64,000 bases of DNA, taken from contig NC_134025.1 of NCBI RefSeq assembly GCF_964204645.1, forward strand, positions 27,074,299 to 27,138,298, written 5' to 3'. The position numbers were made by a program, and so were the translations under genes. The notes below the pieces were generated by a model that searched no databases, was not told the DNA's origin, and worked only from the letters and a program-made list of their open reading frames with translations. Shown piece after piece: positions 62,301-64,000 of the stretch; within the stretch, counting starts at the first letter, position 1, and every line of letters starts with the position of its first letter. The stretch is from Tubulanus polymorphus (taxonomy: Eukaryota > Animalia > Nemertea).

Positions 62301-63178
62301 TCGTCGTAATATTCGTCATTCGGCATATTCATCCGTTGTCTCTAGAAAATATTCAATTCATATCGACAAGGAAAGAATTCTGTTGATATGAGACATGCCT
62401 CAGTTATTTGCGATGGCACTTTTTGTCTGGCCTCCATCGCTTGGGCTGTAGAGCGTAATTGATACTCGAGAAGATTTTTACACCCCATACTTAGTACTTT
62501 ATTTACAATGTTGTCTTTAGTTAGATTTATAGCTGCAATGAAACAGTCTCGTGAGCTCCTTGTTAATTCAATCTCCAATGGAAAATAAGCCTTAACTAAA
62601 CTACTACCCAGGAGGCAAATGATTTCAACAAATTACAGTGGCTTACCGTATGGAGGGTACTTGTACCGAAGCCTTGACGAAATGTAACTTTTTCGAGTGC
62701 TCTAGAGAGACTGTGCATTAGATACATGAGACTGTTCAGTAACTGCGATACTGATACCGAAGTCTTGATCATCTACCAGAAAAATAGCTGTTCGGATGAT
62801 GCTGCATTGGCTACTGATTGTCCAGGGGGTTAGTCCCAGTTTAGAGTAATCATTCTGTCAGGATGATTACCCTAAATTCCCGGTGGTATGTTTTCTTTAT
62901 TCAGTGTGCGTTAAGTATTGTCAGAATGAATGACGGTTATGGACTCCTTCCTCGTTCGAGACTAGGTATAAAAAAAACATTTTTGTGACTTAGTATTTTC
63001 TGAGTGTACGAGGCGTTCGCGGTTGACATTGAAAGCTCTCCATCATTTTTTCCAACGTTTAAGAACAGAATTAAACAAAAACAATAATCATAACGATATC
63101 GCGGTACTTATTCCTTCACAATACCTGATATCAAACCCTCTTTATGTATTTTTGCCGATATATGAAATGATGACATTC

Positions 63179-63203
63179 GTATTATTATTATTATTATTAT
63201 TAT
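63179..63203. repeat. (TTA)n microsatellite
   Basis: Directly visible; it explains the poly-Leu run in ORF 63023-63250. Confidence 0.85.
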
Positions 63204-64000
63204 TGGTACGCTTTCATTCTGCGAAGTCCCGCGAGCAATCTTACAAATAACACTCATTACTATCTATTACTGTGGCTATCCGTGTTTTATTTCATCTAAA
63301 ACAGTACCAGCAGACAGCGAACTATCCCCCTGGATATGAAACACATAAATTGCTCCACCACATATCTATGTGCATGATATTCTTAATCTTTATGGATCAC
63401 GAAGTAATTTTGGAGTCTTTGAACGCTGTGGATTATGATTACTGAAATTATATTTTCTTAGAACTATCAATTTTTTATGCTGCGCTGAAGTTTCGTAGAT
63501 GCATGCTTTTAGAATGCATGCACTTCATTCAGATTCTGAGAAATGGCAATATTTTCGGAAACAAATATCGCGCTTGCCGCTAACATTTTCCGTGAAGATT
63601 AATATGTAATATTGATTGGTCATGTACTGATGATAATATACATCTTTTTTCGCACGTAATTGGTAAATATCACCCGATGGGTACACATCTTATCATAAAT
63701 CTTTGATCTCCGCGCATCTTGTTAAAAGGTCCCCAGAGCAAATATGTCGTACAAGAATCAGTGGCAGTTTCTCGAGCAGAATGACAATAGCCTTCAACTG
63801 CATAACATACACAGTAAATACGCGATCATATGATATCGGGCAACTTATTTTATCATAGGAACCTAATTGACATAAGTAACGTCAGATTCAAGTAGTTTTC
63901 AACGAATTGGCTTGAATCATGTTCCGCTAATTTCACCAAAGTTTTCTTGTGAAATTATACGCTGTGTTTCTAGGAAATTAAGGATTTTGGATGACTTTTC

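Noticed and set aside
10000-64000. Numerous 60-100 aa ORFs in the ORF track
   Set aside because: Many have non-ATG starts, AT-biased composition and no domains; no transposase, reverse transcriptase or neuropeptide-precursor pattern was recognised.

Overview
This is AT-rich animal genomic DNA with spliceosomal introns, most likely from an invertebrate (spiralian-like by gene style, an inference). No prokaryotic features, CRISPR, rRNA or tRNA were recognised. The window starts with the last two exons of a TMTC2-like gene (+). Next is a compact 23-exon MED14 gene (+, 2666-9001, about 777 codons) that contains a U12-type intron and stops being traceable at about 55% of the normal protein length. 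The remaining ~55 kb is gene-poor and holds three class A peptide-receptor-like GPCR paralogs on the minus strand, each with an intronless CDS. It also holds many non-autonomous DNA-transposon copies (two related TIR families, a TTAA piggyBac-like MITE, hAT-like pieces) and small tandem repeats. Main leads: (1) the apparently halved MED14 (tail-less isoform or paralog, versus a giant intron hosting nested GPCRs); (2) a Lys3.36/Glu6.48 pair shared by all three GPCRs, which also lack the canonical TM3 cysteine; (3) the minor-spliceosome intron. All homology calls are by eye from recalled sequences; no searches were run.
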